Notes under the pieces: model-generated
What the model saw: the letters and a program-made list of their open reading frames with translations, nothing else
Told to the model about the DNA's origin: nothing
Database searches by the model: none
DNA from: Erythrobacter sp.
GTDB lineage: Bacteria > Pseudomonadota > Alphaproteobacteria > Sphingomonadales > Sphingomonadaceae
Assembly: GCA_024642335.1 (NCBI GenBank)
Contig: JAHEBH010000002.1
Location: forward strand, 6,647-70,646
Direction: 5' to 3'
DNA: 64,000 nt
Shown here: piece by piece, positions 19,368 to 32,159 of the stretch
Layout: each line of letters begins with the position of its first letter
Position numbering within the stretch: the stretch's first letter is position 1
Position numbers and translations under genes: made by a program

Positions 19368-20051
19368 TCAATACCCCGCGATGGTGGATGCAACGCCGAG
19401 ATATTTGTCCACCAGCCAGTTCACCGGAACGCCAACCGTATTGCCCAGCACATCCCATTCGGGAAAGAACCAGACCAGTGCGATCAGCAGGAAGAACAGG
19501 CCCATGCCAAGATTGCGCAGTTTCGCATATGTCCCGGCCATGCTGCTGGGCAGAAGTCCCTCAACGATATGCGATCCATCGAACGGCGGAATGGGAAGCA
19601 GGTTGAAGATCGCCAGAAAGACATTGAGATAGAGGAACGTCAGCAAGGCCTGCGCGGCAAAACTAGGCTCTCCGCCAATCCCCACGGCGAGCAATGGTGC
19701 GAACAGGCCCAGCATCAGCGCAGCAACCAGAGCCAGCAACAGATTCATGCCCGGTCCGGCAGCAGCCACCCACATCATGTCCACGCGCGGGTTGTTAAGC
19801 CGCTGCTTGACCACCGGGACAGGCTTTGCCCAGCCGAAAGGCGGACCGCCCATCAGGATCATGGCGCCGGGAATGAGCAGCGTTCCTACAGGATCGACGT
19901 GGCGGATCGGATTGAAGCTCAATCGCCCGAGGCTGCTGGCCGTCGGATCGCCCAGCCATTTGGCGACCATGCCGTGTGCCACTTCATGAAACACGATGGC
20001 GACAACAAGCGCGGGCACCAACAGGGCGATATAGAAGACAGTATCGTTCAT
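19368..20051 (-). CDS. Site-2 protease family (M50) protein
   Basis: HEVAH, AAAGP, FNLLPIPPFDG. Confidence 0.92.
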   Translation of the reverse strand: MNDTVFYIALLVPALVVAIVFHEVAHGMVAKWLGDPTASSLGRLSFNPIRHVDPVGTLLIPGAMILMGGPPFGWAKPVPVVKQRLNNPRVDMMWVAAAGPGMNLLLALVAALMLGLFAPLLAVGIGGEPSFAAQALLTFLYLNVFLAIFNLLPIPPFDGSHIVEGLLPSSMAGTYAKLRNLGMGLFFLLIALVWFFPEWDVLGNTVGVPVNWLVDKYLGVASTIAGY

Positions 20052-20149
20052 GTGGCTGGCCTAGCAGATGGGGATTGCTGCGCCAGAGGTAAAGACGAAG
20101 ATGCCTGCCGGTGCTAGCCACCTCCAATCTGGCGAAAGGAATGCACGGC

Positions 20150-21739
20150 ATGAACGCAGGGGCATCGCAGAAGGGGTTGCTTGGGCGGATTGAGAGAGCA
20201 GGCAACAAGCTGCCCGATCCAGTGTTCCTTTTTCTCTACTTCATCCTTGTCCTGATTGTGGTGAGCGTGTTGGCCGATTTGGTCGGCGTCACCGCAAACC
20301 ATCCCACCGAGATCGACGAGGCAACCGGCACGGCGCGACAGATCGGCGCGGTGAGCCTACTTTCAGCAGACAATATCCGCCGCCTGTGGGTCGAGATGCC
20401 GGCGACCTTCACTCATTTCCATCCGCTGGGCTATGTGCTGGTCGTGATGCTGGGTGCCGGCGTTGCAGAGCGCGCGGGCCTGTTCGGCACGGCCATGCGC
20501 GCAGGGCTGCGCAATGCTCCCAAGGCCATGCTGACGCCGCTGGTCGTCTTCGTCGGCATGATGGGCAACCACGCTGCCGATGCGGGATATGTCGTGCTCA
20601 TCCCGCTATCAGGCATCATCTTTCACGCAGCGGGCCGGCATCCCGTGGCGGGGATCGCAGCAGGTTTTGCAGGCGTATCCGGCGGATTTTCGGCCAACCT
20701 TGTCCCGGGACAGCTCGACGCTCTGATACTTGGCCTGACACAGGCGGCGGTTGAGACCGCATTTACCGGCGTCACCGTCAATATCGCCGGGAACTGGTAT
20801 TTCATCGCTGCGATGACCGTCGTTTTCCTGCCAGTGATCTGGTTTGTGACCGACAAGATCATCGAGCCGCGGCTGGGCACTTGGAACCCTGCAACCGCGG
20901 ATACCACCCTGGCCCAGCCCCAGGGCAATCATGAACTGACGGCCGGTGAAAAGAGGGGCCTGAAATGGGCCGGCCTCGCTGTGGTGGGAATCTGCCTGCT
21001 CTGGGCGCTCTTCGTATGGGGGCCGGGCACGCCGCTGATCGAGGAAGAGGCACCGCCCGAAGGCCGCCTCAGTCCCTTCTACCAGAGCCTGGTCGCCTTT
21101 TTCTTCCTGCTCTTCCTTGCTGCTGGCTGGGCCTATGGCAAGGCGGCAGGAAAGATCGAGAACCACCGCGACCTGGTCAAGATGATGGCCGGATCGATGG
21201 CGGACATGTCCTACTACCTCGTCCTCGCCTTTGTGGCGGCGCATTTCGTGGCAATGTTCAGCTGGTCAAATCTGGGGCTGATCCTTGCTGTGATCGGGGC
21301 AGACTTCCTCGGCTCATCGGGCCTGCCAGCCTGGGCGCTGCTGGCGGCGATCATTATTGTCTCGGCCTTCATCAACCTGTTCGTCGGTTCCGCCAGCGCC
21401 AAGTGGGCGCTGCTGGGGCCAGTGCTGGTGCCGATGCTGATGCTGCTGGGCATCTCTCCAGAAATGGCAACCGCTGCCTATCGCGTGGGGGACAGTGCCA
21501 CCAATATCATCACCCCGCTGATGAGCTTCTTCCCGCTCATCCTGATCTTTGCCCAACGCTGGGACAAGAACTTCGGCCTCGGTTCGCTCGCTGCGACCAT
21601 GCTGCCATATTCCATCGGCTTGATGGTGGTCGGGATATTCCTGACAATCGGCTGGGTTGTGCTTGACCTGCCGCTGGGGCCAGGTGCGGGCGTATTTCTG
21701 GAAGTGCCTGTAGCTCAGGTCGCTACGCCCTCGCCTTAG
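20150..21739 (+). CDS. AbgT family transporter
   Basis: IERAGNKLPDP, GRHPVAG..AGFAGVSGGFSAN, YRVGDSATNIITP. Confidence 0.92.
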   Translation: MNAGASQKGLLGRIERAGNKLPDPVFLFLYFILVLIVVSVLADLVGVTANHPTEIDEATGTARQIGAVSLLSADNIRRLWVEMPATFTHFHPLGYVLVVMLGAGVAERAGLFGTAMRAGLRNAPKAMLTPLVVFVGMMGNHAADAGYVVLIPLSGIIFHAAGRHPVAGIAAGFAGVSGGFSANLVPGQLDALILGLTQAAVETAFTGVTVNIAGNWYFIAAMTVVFLPVIWFVTDKIIEPRLGTWNPATADTTLAQPQGNHELTAGEKRGLKWAGLAVVGICLLWALFVWGPGTPLIEEEAPPEGRLSPFYQSLVAFFFLLFLAAGWAYGKAAGKIENHRDLVKMMAGSMADMSYYLVLAFVAAHFVAMFSWSNLGLILAVIGADFLGSSGLPAWALLAAIIIVSAFINLFVGSASAKWALLGPVLVPMLMLLGISPEMATAAYRVGDSATNIITPLMSFFPLILIFAQRWDKNFGLGSLAATMLPYSIGLMVVGIFLTIGWVVLDLPLGPGAGVFLEVPVAQVATPSP

Positions 21740-21812
21740 GGTTCCAACGACCGATTGACACGACCAGGGTGTAAGTGCACCCTTCTTGCCAACACGGGGA
21801 AGGAGAGTTGCC

Positions 21813-22385
21813 ATGCCGTGGCTTAGGCTGATCTTTCTACCCCTTTCCGCCTTGCTCCTGGCGGCCAACGGCCCGCTCCATTTCACGCTCGATTCACAGG
21901 CCAGTAGTGTCTCCGCGCGGGTCGCCTATCTGTTTATGAGCTACAAGACTGTGCGCTTCACCACCATGGACGGAGACATTACCATCGTGCCCGACAGCCC
22001 CTATGACGCCACTGTCGATGTGGAGATAGATGCGCGCAATATCGAGGCACCCGACAGCATGACCTTGCGCGAGTTGCAGGGGAGGGATTTCTTTTGGGTC
22101 GAACGTTATCCAACCCTCGGCTTTTCCGGCACGGGCCTGACGATGAAAGATGACACGCACGGCACCATAACCGGCAATCTGAGCGCACGCGGCGTAACGC
22201 GCGAGGAAGAACTGCATGTGACCTTCGATAAGCCACCGGAGCAAGCATTTGCCAGCGGTGCCATAACCCTGACGGGCGAAATGGAAATCAACCGGCGCCA
22301 TTACGGTATGCGAAGTTTCCCTTTGGTCGTCGGCGAAAAGGTCAAGATTACGATGACTGCACGGATGGTTCCGGCTGGAACCTGA
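21813..22385 (+). CDS. YceI family protein
   Basis: Signal peptide, DFFWVERYPTLGF, GNLSARGVTR, INRRHYGM. Confidence 0.82.
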   Translation: MPWLRLIFLPLSALLLAANGPLHFTLDSQASSVSARVAYLFMSYKTVRFTTMDGDITIVPDSPYDATVDVEIDARNIEAPDSMTLRELQGRDFFWVERYPTLGFSGTGLTMKDDTHGTITGNLSARGVTREEELHVTFDKPPEQAFASGAITLTGEMEINRRHYGMRSFPLVVGEKVKITMTARMVPAGT

Positions 22386-22435
22386 AAATCACCATACTAC
22401 TGAGCACGCCGGACGCAGGCGGTCGGCAATTTGAT

Positions 22436-23002
22436 TTAGGCAGGCCATTCCCTCGCAAGGATCGAGAAGACGCCCGTATCGCGCACGTGCCCGGTCCAGG
22501 TGACCCGTTCGGCCCGCAAAACGCCTTCCTTGGTCGCTCCCAGTTTGAGGACGGCGGCCTGTGATCGGGCATTGCGCTCGTCCACGCGAAATTCGACGCG
22601 GCGGAACCCGGCGGCAAACGCCCGGTCGAGCAGCAATTTCTTGACCCGCGTGTTGAGGCCCGTGCCGCGTGCATTCTGCGCCATCAGTGTGCCGCCGATC
22701 TCGAGGCCCTGCCTGTCTGGCGTTATCGCCATGAAGCTGGTGGTTCCGCGCACAACGCCATCGACAAGCACAACCAGGGTGACGCGTGCGGGGACAGCCC
22801 GCGCGGCATCGAACAAGGAATCGAATGCCGCGCCGGACATGTTGTAGGGGTAGATTTCCCAAACCGGATCGTCCGGGTCGCAACAGGCGCGCAGCCCCTC
22901 GCGATGTTCCTCTGACAGCGGGAGGACCAATAGGTGGCCGCCTTCCCACCGGTCGTCTTTCATGGGTAGCGAGAGGCTCCCCACGTCAGGCCCGGTGGTC
23001 AT
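22436..23002 (-). CDS. GNAT N-acetyltransferase (RimJ/RimL-like)
   Basis: [36 protein letters not shown]. Confidence 0.88.
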   Translation of the reverse strand: MTTGPDVGSLSLPMKDDRWEGGHLLVLPLSEEHREGLRACCDPDDPVWEIYPYNMSGAAFDSLFDAARAVPARVTLVVLVDGVVRGTTSFMAITPDRQGLEIGGTLMAQNARGTGLNTRVKKLLLDRAFAAGFRRVEFRVDERNARSQAAVLKLGATKEGVLRAERVTWTGHVRDTGVFSILAREWPA

Positions 23003-23394
23003 GCTTCCTCGTCCAGATCGCGGCGAACCCGCGGATCGCCGAGCAGATGGTCAATCCGGCTGGCCTCGTCGAAACTCTCGTCCTCGCGGAACTGCAGCTT
23101 GGGCGCGAATTTCAGACCAAGGCGCTCGGCCACCTCTTTCTGGAAGAAGGCCGTGTTCTGTTGCAACGCTTTCAGCACCTTCGCCTCATCCTCGCCCAGC
23201 AAGGACTTCACATAAACCTTTGCATTGCGAAGGTCGGGCGACATGCGCACTTCGGTAACGCTCACCGTGTAGGCAGAGAGGACATCGTCATGCGCCTCCT
23301 TCCGCGCCAGCAGTTCCGAGAGGATATGGCGCACACGCTCACCAACCTTGAGCAGGCGGACGGACTGGTCTTCGGGGGCAGAATGGCGGGCCAT
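22999..23394 (-). CDS. rbfA: Ribosome-binding factor A
   Basis: [38 protein letters not shown]. Confidence 0.96.
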   Translation of the reverse strand: MARHSAPEDQSVRLLKVGERVRHILSELLARKEAHDDVLSAYTVSVTEVRMSPDLRNAKVYVKSLLGEDEAKVLKALQQNTAFFQKEVAERLGLKFAPKLQFREDESFDEASRIDHLLGDPRVRRDLDEEA

Positions 23395-23933
23395 TATTCT
23401 TCCATCTTGTCCAAAATACGTTGCAGGCTGCGCATGTTGCGCGCCGTGCCGCGACAATCAAGCTTGCGTTCGATGAATGCGGCAGTGAGCTTGCTGGAGC
23501 CCGCTCCATCGACATAGTCGATATAGAGACAGCGATCGCCCAGCGCGATTTTCTCCGGCCCGCGCCCCTCATAGGCGGCCAGCAGGACCTTGAACTGGTC
23601 CGCATCGACTTGCCGCTCGAGGAAATGGGTATGGACGAACCTGTCCTCCCCTTCGCCGCGAAACGGATTTTCCTCGATGGCAGCGCGCACCTCATCCACA
23701 CTGCGCACCGCGGCGAATGTATCGAAGCCGAACCGGTCCTTCACGATATAGGCGAGCATTTCGGACAGACCGTCGCTGGGGCGCTCATCGAAAGAGAACA
23801 ACACATTGCCACTGGCAACGACCGTCTCGACGTCCTCGATATCCTCGCGCTCAAGAGCATCGCGCAGATCGGCCATTTTCAGCCGATTGCCGCCAACATT
23901 CATACTGGCGAAGAAGGCAACATAGCGCGCCAT
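23394..23933 (-). CDS. DUF1697 family protein
   Basis: [35 protein letters not shown]. Confidence 0.85.
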   Translation of the reverse strand: MARYVAFFASMNVGGNRLKMADLRDALEREDIEDVETVVASGNVLFSFDERPSDGLSEMLAYIVKDRFGFDTFAAVRSVDEVRAAIEENPFRGEGEDRFVHTHFLERQVDADQFKVLLAAYEGRGPEKIALGDRCLYIDYVDGAGSSKLTAAFIERKLDCRGTARNMRSLQRILDKMEE

Positions 23934-23965
23934 GTGCTGTCGTCGTCTCCCTTGGCGTCAGCCGG

Positions 23966-26476
<2,511 letters not shown>

Positions 26477-26499
26477 ACGCCTAAACTATTCCTTCAAAT

Positions 26500-27237
26500 T
26501 CAATCAGTCGCTGCGGCATCATGTGCAGCGCGTTGCGCCACACCTTCACCGCACTCATCGACCGCGCAAACGGCCCCAAGAAAGGTCTGCAAACGCTTTA
26601 GCGGGACAGAAACCCGCTGGGCCGATTGCCTATCGGTCAGCGCCAGGTGGACGACATTGTCGCGGCCCAATGCCACAGACAGGGCCGTGCGGTCCAGTGG
26701 CAGGATTTCTCCCGCCATTCCACTGCCTTCTGCATCCATGCCGACGCGCCATGCCTGGTCGAGCTTGCGCGCACCGTCCTGGCTGGCATCGGCAGCGTGA
26801 TAAAGCGCGGCGACCTTGCCCATCCGCGCATCATTGGCAATCCGGTCCGACCCCAAGATAAGGCGTCCCGAACGCATTTCGAGCCCCAGCCGTTCAAGAA
26901 AGGCCCGTGTGAGGGCATTCTCGAGTAGAACAGGCAAATCTTCGGGCACGGAAATCTTCCCATCCCTGAAGCTGCGCGCAAGGGCAGATTTCAGTCTGCC
27001 GTTCGCGACCGCCTCTTGCAGTTCGGCGCGCGATACGCCGATCCACGCGCCCCGTCCCGGCGCCCGCGCCAGCGCGTCGGGCAGGACATCGCCATCGGGC
27101 GAGAGCGCAAGGCGCAGCAAGCCGTCACGGTAAGCGGTCTTGCCGGTGAGCACACAGCGCCGCTCGGGGGCATCATCGCCCCCGGCTCGCTTCGCGGATC
27201 TGCTGGAACCTAGCGGCTCATTGCGAGGATTCCGCAT
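26500..27237 (-). CDS. DUF448 (YlxR-like) domain protein with L7Ae-like C-terminus
   Basis: ERRCVLTG..GLLRLALSPDG..PGRGAWI; position in the nusA-infB operon. Confidence 0.85.
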   Translation of the reverse strand: MRNPRNEPLGSSRSAKRAGGDDAPERRCVLTGKTAYRDGLLRLALSPDGDVLPDALARAPGRGAWIGVSRAELQEAVANGRLKSALARSFRDGKISVPEDLPVLLENALTRAFLERLGLEMRSGRLILGSDRIANDARMGKVAALYHAADASQDGARKLDQAWRVGMDAEGSGMAGEILPLDRTALSVALGRDNVVHLALTDRQSAQRVSVPLKRLQTFLGAVCAVDECGEGVAQRAAHDAAATD

Positions 27238-28870
27238 CGGCGGCCTCCTCTGCTTGGGTGTTGGCAGCGGGCGCTGCCTCTTCCTCATCCTCGAACCAGT
27301 GCGCACGAGCGGCCATGATGATCTCATTGCCCTGCTCTTCGCTAAGGCCGAATGCGCCGAGTACACCGCCCTTGTCCTGCTCTCGCTGCGGGCGACGCAG
27401 TGGCGGGCCATCAGAATTGCGGCGGCGCGGCGCGTCTCGACGCTTGGCAATCAGCTCGTCAGTGGCAAGATCGGCCAGATCGTCGAGCGTCTTGATCCCC
27501 GCCTTGCCCAGTACGACCAGCATTTCTTCGGTCAGATGCGGAATCTCGGCCAGATCGTCCTCCACGCCCAATTCACGGCGGGCGCTGCGATGAGCCTCTT
27601 CCTGGCGCTCGAGAGCTTCGGTCGCACGGCTCTGCAGTTCTTCGGCCAGTTCGTCGTCAAAGCCTTCAATGCTCGCGAGTTCGGACAGCTCGACATAGGC
27701 AACTTCTTCCAGCTCGGCGAAGCCTTCGGCGACCAGCAGCTGCGAGAGCGTTTCGTCGACGTCCAGCTCTTCCTCGAACATCTTGGAGCGTTCCGCGAAT
27801 TCCTTGCTACGCTTTTCGCTCGCTTCTTCCTCGGTCATGATATCGATCTGGTGACCGGTAAGCTGGCTGGCGAGGCGCACGTTCTGGCCGCGGCGTCCGA
27901 TGGCGAGCGAGAGCTGATCATCGGGCACGACCACTTCGATGCGGCCCTCGTCCTCGTCGAGCACCACGCGGCTGACCGTTGCCGGCTGCAGCGCGTTGAC
28001 CACGAAGGTGGCTGTATCTTCGGACCAGGGGATGATATCGATTTTTTCGCCCTGCAGTTCCTGAACCACTGCCTGGACGCGGCTGCCCTTCATGCCGACG
28101 CAGGCGCCGACCGGATCGATCGAGCTGTCGTGGCTGATAACGCCGATCTTGGCGCGACTGCCGGGATCGCGGGCGCCGGTCTTGATCTCGATGATACCGT
28201 CGTAGATTTCGGGAACTTCCTGCGCGAACAGCTTCTTCATGAATTCAGGATGCGCGCGGGAGAGGAAGATCTGCGGGCCGCGGTTGTTGCGTTCCACCTT
28301 CAGGATCAGCGCGCGAATACGTTCACCCACACGGGCGGCTTCACGGGGGATCTGCTGGTCGCGGCGGATCACGCCCTCGGCACGGCCAAGATTGACGATC
28401 ACATGGCCAAATTCGACCGACTTGATCACGCCGGTGATGACTTCGCCGGCACGATCCTTGAATTCTTCGTACTGGCGCTCGCGCTCGGCATCGCGGACCT
28501 TCTGGAAGATCACCTGCTTGGCGCTCTGCGCGTCGATGCGGCCCAGATCGACCGGCGGCAACGGATCGACGATAAAGTCACCGACTGCGGCACCTGGCTG
28601 CAACTTCTCCGCCTGCTTGAGGTCGACCTGCTTGAAGTAGTCTTCCACTTCCTCGACCACTTCGACAACGCGCCACAGGCGCAAATCACCGGTCATCGGG
28701 TCCAGCTTGGCGCGAATATCGTTCTCGGCGCCATAGCGTGCGCGCGCAGCCTTCTGGATCGCTTCTTCCATCGCCTCGATCACGATCGCCTTGTCGATCA
28801 TCTTTTCCGAGGCGACCGCGGTCGCGATCGCAAGCAGTTCAGCCTTGTTGGCGGAAATCGGGGTGGCCAT
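27218..28870 (-). CDS. nusA: Transcription termination factor NusA
   Basis: RIDAQSAKQVI, LSRAHPEFM..LF..EVPEI, ARDPGSRAK, LSLAIGRRGQNVRLA. Confidence 0.98.
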   Translation of the reverse strand: MATPISANKAELLAIATAVASEKMIDKAIVIEAMEEAIQKAARARYGAENDIRAKLDPMTGDLRLWRVVEVVEEVEDYFKQVDLKQAEKLQPGAAVGDFIVDPLPPVDLGRIDAQSAKQVIFQKVRDAERERQYEEFKDRAGEVITGVIKSVEFGHVIVNLGRAEGVIRRDQQIPREAARVGERIRALILKVERNNRGPQIFLSRAHPEFMKKLFAQEVPEIYDGIIEIKTGARDPGSRAKIGVISHDSSIDPVGACVGMKGSRVQAVVQELQGEKIDIIPWSEDTATFVVNALQPATVSRVVLDEDEGRIEVVVPDDQLSLAIGRRGQNVRLASQLTGHQIDIMTEEEASEKRSKEFAERSKMFEEELDVDETLSQLLVAEGFAELEEVAYVELSELASIEGFDDELAEELQSRATEALERQEEAHRSARRELGVEDDLAEIPHLTEEMLVVLGKAGIKTLDDLADLATDELIAKRRDAPRRRNSDGPPLRRPQREQDKGGVLGAFGLSEEQGNEIIMAARAHWFEDEEEAAPAANTQAEEAADAESSQ

Positions 28871-29442
28871 CAGTCGTCAGCCTTCTCTTCTTCGGTTGTT
28901 TCAACAATTTCTTCTGCACCGCTCATGTCGAGCGGCTGGGTGGCGGCTATCAGCTTGTCGGTCAGGACCAGCTGTGCCGAATGAACTTGGTCGAGCGGGA
29001 GAAAATGCATCACCCCGTCCTCGTCCCTGACATGGACCATTTCGATGCCGCGCTCCGGGTGAATACCTTCCAGTATTCCCTTGCGAACGCGCTGACCTTC
29101 CCACGCCTTGTCCATCACGATGCGCGCCTCGTGCCCGGCCCAGTTGGCATAATCCTTGGCTCGCGTCAGCGGACGGTCGATCCCGGGGCTGCCGACTTCG
29201 AGCAGATAGGCACCCTCGATGAGTTCCTCGCCGCCTTCCTCGATCTCGTCGATCCTGGCCGAAATGGCGCGCGACAGCGTGGCGCACTGGTCCATGATCA
29301 TCTGCCCGGTGGCCGGGTCTTCCGCCATGATCTGCAGTGTGCGTTCCTCGCCGGAACCCGTCAGCCTCACGCGCACGAGCTCGAAGCCGAGGGCCTCGGC
29401 TTCGGCAGCAATGACATCGTTCAGGCGCGCAAGATCGGCCAT
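28870..29442 (-). CDS. rimP: Ribosome maturation factor RimP
   Basis: C..LSRAISA..D, YLLEVGSPGIDRPL. Confidence 0.93.
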   Translation of the reverse strand: MADLARLNDVIAAEAEALGFELVRVRLTGSGEERTLQIMAEDPATGQMIMDQCATLSRAISARIDEIEEGGEELIEGAYLLEVGSPGIDRPLTRAKDYANWAGHEARIVMDKAWEGQRVRKGILEGIHPERGIEMVHVRDEDGVMHFLPLDQVHSAQLVLTDKLIAATQPLDMSGAEEIVETTEEEKADD

Positions 29443-29607
29443 GGAGCTCCAACTGGATCACAATGCCGACACCATGATGACAAAAGCGGTTCGGTGCCGG
29501 CCCCTTGCGGCGCCAGCATCCTTTATTGTCACGACAATGTCGGGATGGCGGCTATGTAGGCGCAGCGCGAGAAGAAAGCAATGGCGATAATGCGCGCCGC
29601 AACTTCA

Positions 29608-29913
29608 TCAGTTGCAGAAGCGGTCTACCTGGCTGTCAATCTCGTCGAGCTTGTCGGCATCGCGGTCCATTGTGCCATTCGCAACGCTCCGGTCCCATTG
29701 CTCCTGCGCCAGCCGCTGATAGGTTTCGCACTGCATCGCTGTGGCCTCCGCCTGGGCCTCAGCCACAGTCTCGTTGATGCTCTTGCCGTCAAGAGATGCC
29801 ATTTCCTGGTTCATGAGATCATCCGCATTGCGCGGAGCCGAAACAGCATAGGCGACCCAGGCAGCAATCACTATTGTGCCCGCAAGCCCGACAATACCCC
29901 TGATCACGCTCAT
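29608..29913 (-). CDS. Hypothetical membrane-anchored protein
   Basis: 101-aa ORF with one N-terminal hydrophobic helix and two Cys; family not recognised. Confidence 0.6.
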   Translation of the reverse strand: MSVIRGIVGLAGTIVIAAWVAYAVSAPRNADDLMNQEMASLDGKSINETVAEAQAEATAMQCETYQRLAQEQWDRSVANGTMDRDADKLDEIDSQVDRFCN

Positions 29914-29994
29914 GGTGAACCCTTTCTCTACTGTGCTGCAGATAGGGGAATGGGCCTTAGGAAGCGTTAATTTCAGGGCATTACAGCCGCTAGC

Positions 29995-31026
29995 TTAGTC
30001 CTGAACTGCCAATCCATGCTTCTTGATGCAATGGCGCAGCTGATCATAGGACAGGCCCAGCGACTTTGCCGTCTGGCGCTGGTTCCAGCGGTTGGCCCCT
30101 AAGGCATACTCTACGATGGCGCGTTCATGCGCATCGACCGCAACCCGCAGATCGTCGACATTCGAGAAGTCGCTTTCGACCGGAGCAGGATTCGCAACGG
30201 TATCCTTTGCGGACGCAGGGCGCGGTGCCTCCGGGACCGTGGCGATCGGCTTCCATGGCGAATCGAACGGGTCAAACACCGCATGCGCAATGGGCCGGGA
30301 CCAATCATCCCAACGATAGACCGCGCGTTCCACCACATTGCGCAATTCTCGCACATTGCCCGGCCAGGGATGGTTCTCGAGCGCCTCGGCAATGTGGGTG
30401 GCATAGCCGGGCCACTCCTCCCAGCCCAGTTCGGCAGCCATGCGCCGCCCGAAATAGTCCGCCAGAACCGCTATATCGCCTTCGCGCACGCGCAAGGGCG
30501 GCAGGGTAATCACCTCGAAACTCAGCCGGTCGAGCAAGTCGGCACGAAAGCGCCCTTCCTTGGCCAGTTTCGGCAAATTCTCGTTGGTCGCCGCGACGAT
30601 GCGAACATCGACGCGTGTAGGACGGGATGAGCCGATGCGCGTTACCTCGCCATATTCGACAGCGCGCAACAGGCGTTCCTGCGCGCCCATGGACAGCGTA
30701 CCCAGCTCATCGAGGAACAGCGTGCCCCTGTCCGCTTCCTCGAAACGACCTTCGCGCACTTTGGTGGCGCCGGTGAAAGCACCTGCTTCATGGCCGAACA
30801 GCTCGGCTTCGATCAGCGTTTCGGGCAGGGCGGCACAATTCATGATGACCAGCGGTTCCTCCCACCGGTCGGACAAGCGATGGAGGCGTTCTGCAATCAG
30901 TTCCTTGCCCGTTCCGCGCTCGCCGACCACCAGGACGGGGCGACGCATGGGCGCGGCGCGGCTGGCGCGTTCGACCGCATCGAGGAAGGCGCCCGACTGG
31001 CCGATGAACTGGTTCTCGCGCTCCAT
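29995..31026 (-). CDS. pspF: Sigma54-dependent activator PspF
   Basis: GERGTGKE, GAFTGA, LFLDE, DLLDRLS, WPGNVREL, C-terminal HTH; no N-terminal regulatory domain; divergent from pspA. Confidence 0.93.
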   Translation of the reverse strand: MERENQFIGQSGAFLDAVERASRAAPMRRPVLVVGERGTGKELIAERLHRLSDRWEEPLVIMNCAALPETLIEAELFGHEAGAFTGATKVREGRFEEADRGTLFLDELGTLSMGAQERLLRAVEYGEVTRIGSSRPTRVDVRIVAATNENLPKLAKEGRFRADLLDRLSFEVITLPPLRVREGDIAVLADYFGRRMAAELGWEEWPGYATHIAEALENHPWPGNVRELRNVVERAVYRWDDWSRPIAHAVFDPFDSPWKPIATVPEAPRPASAKDTVANPAPVESDFSNVDDLRVAVDAHERAIVEYALGANRWNQRQTAKSLGLSYDQLRHCIKKHGLAVQD

Positions 31027-31036
31027 GGCCAAGATA

Positions 31037-31071
31037 TAGTGAAAAACGCCAAGGTTTGGCAACAGTCACTA
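31037..31071. promoter_or_regulatory. Putative PspF upstream activating sequence
   Basis: Dyad TAGTGAAAAACGCCAA-ggt-TTGGCAACAGTCACTA, similar to the recalled enterobacterial psp UAS. Confidence 0.7.
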
Positions 31072-31126
31072 CGTGTGCAACGCAGGGTTATGCACAACAT
31101 GCTGGTTTTTCGTAGGAAATTGGATT

Positions 31127-31142
31127 TGGCACGCGCCTTGCA
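31127..31142 (+). promoter_or_regulatory. Sigma54 -24/-12 promoter of the psp operon
   Basis: TGGCAC-GCGCC-TTGCA, exact consensus spacing. Confidence 0.9.
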
Positions 31143-31176
31143 ATGTTTGGTGTAACCAATGTTTGAGGAGGAACGC

Positions 31177-31329
31177 ATGTTCGATCAGAGCTATTTTGCC
31201 AGCAAATCCGGCCTTGCCGCGCTGGTGAGCGTTGCGGCCATGATCGCTTTCAACCTCTATGCGCTCTCGCTGCAGAACGGTACAGCCGATCTGGTGCTTG
31301 CGGCTGTTCCGATGGTGGAACTGGCGTGA
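31177..31329 (+). CDS. 50-aa hydrophobic protein, first gene of the psp operon
   Basis: Not in the ORF track. GAGGAGGA RBS; MFDQSYFASKSGLAALVSVAAMIAFNLYALSLQNGTADLVLAAVPMVELA; stop overlaps GTG at 31326. Confidence 0.75.
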   Translation: MFDQSYFASKSGLAALVSVAAMIAFNLYALSLQNGTADLVLAAVPMVELA

Positions 31330-32156
31330 GCCGCGAGAACGAAAACCCCTTGACGCCGGTTGGGCTGAGCCGGAGCACGTCGGACTCCTCGCGGATAGAC
31401 CGCGAGATAGAACGGCTGCGTACGAGCCCCACCCCGACCAGCAATTCGCTTATTGCCGGAGGAGCCTGGATGGGCATTTTTTCGCGTACAAGAGACATCA
31501 TCGCCGCCAACTTCAACGAGCTGCTGGACCAGGCCGATGACCCCGCCAAGATGATCCGCATGATCATTCTGGAGATGGAGGAAACGCTGGTCGAAGTTCG
31601 AGCCAGCGCCGCCCGCACCATTGCTGACCAGAAGGAAATGCACCGTCACATGGTGAAGCTGGACAAGCTCCAGTCAGACTGGTCGGAGAAGGCCCAGCTT
31701 GCCTTGTCGAAGGATCGTGAAGACCTCGCCCGTGCCGCTCTGATGGAAAAGCGCAAGGCTGGCGACATGGCCGATCAGCTGAAACAGGAGATCACCGTGC
31801 TCGACGACGCGCTGCGCGCCTATGAGCAGGACATCGCCAAGCTGCAGCATCGCCTGCGCGAAGCCCGCAGCCGCCAGAGCCAGATCGCAGCACGGCTGGA
31901 AAGCGCGGAGAACCGCTACAAGCTGCGCAGCCTGATGACCAACGAGCGGGTGGACGATGCCCTGAGCCGCTTCGATCAGCTCGAGCGCCGCGTCGATTAT
32001 GCCGAAGGCCGCGCCGATGCACTGGGCATATCCGGCAACCCGCCCAGCCTGGCAGACGAGTTCGCCGCGCTGGAGGGCTCCGACAGGGTCAACGAGGAAC
32101 TCGAGGAAATGAAGCGCGCCCTGGGTTTGGGCAATGACGAGAAGAAGGAGGATTAA
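31326..32156 (+). CDS. pspA: Phage shock protein A (alternative start at 31470)
   Basis: MGIFSRTRDIIAANFNELLDQADDPAKMIRMII.EMEETLVEVR, LARAAL, long coiled coil. Confidence 0.93.
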   Translation: MSRENENPLTPVGLSRSTSDSSRIDREIERLRTSPTPTSNSLIAGGAWMGIFSRTRDIIAANFNELLDQADDPAKMIRMIILEMEETLVEVRASAARTIADQKEMHRHMVKLDKLQSDWSEKAQLALSKDREDLARAALMEKRKAGDMADQLKQEITVLDDALRAYEQDIAKLQHRLREARSRQSQIAARLESAENRYKLRSLMTNERVDDALSRFDQLERRVDYAEGRADALGISGNPPSLADEFAALEGSDRVNEELEEMKRALGLGNDEKKED

Positions 32157-32159
32157 CCC

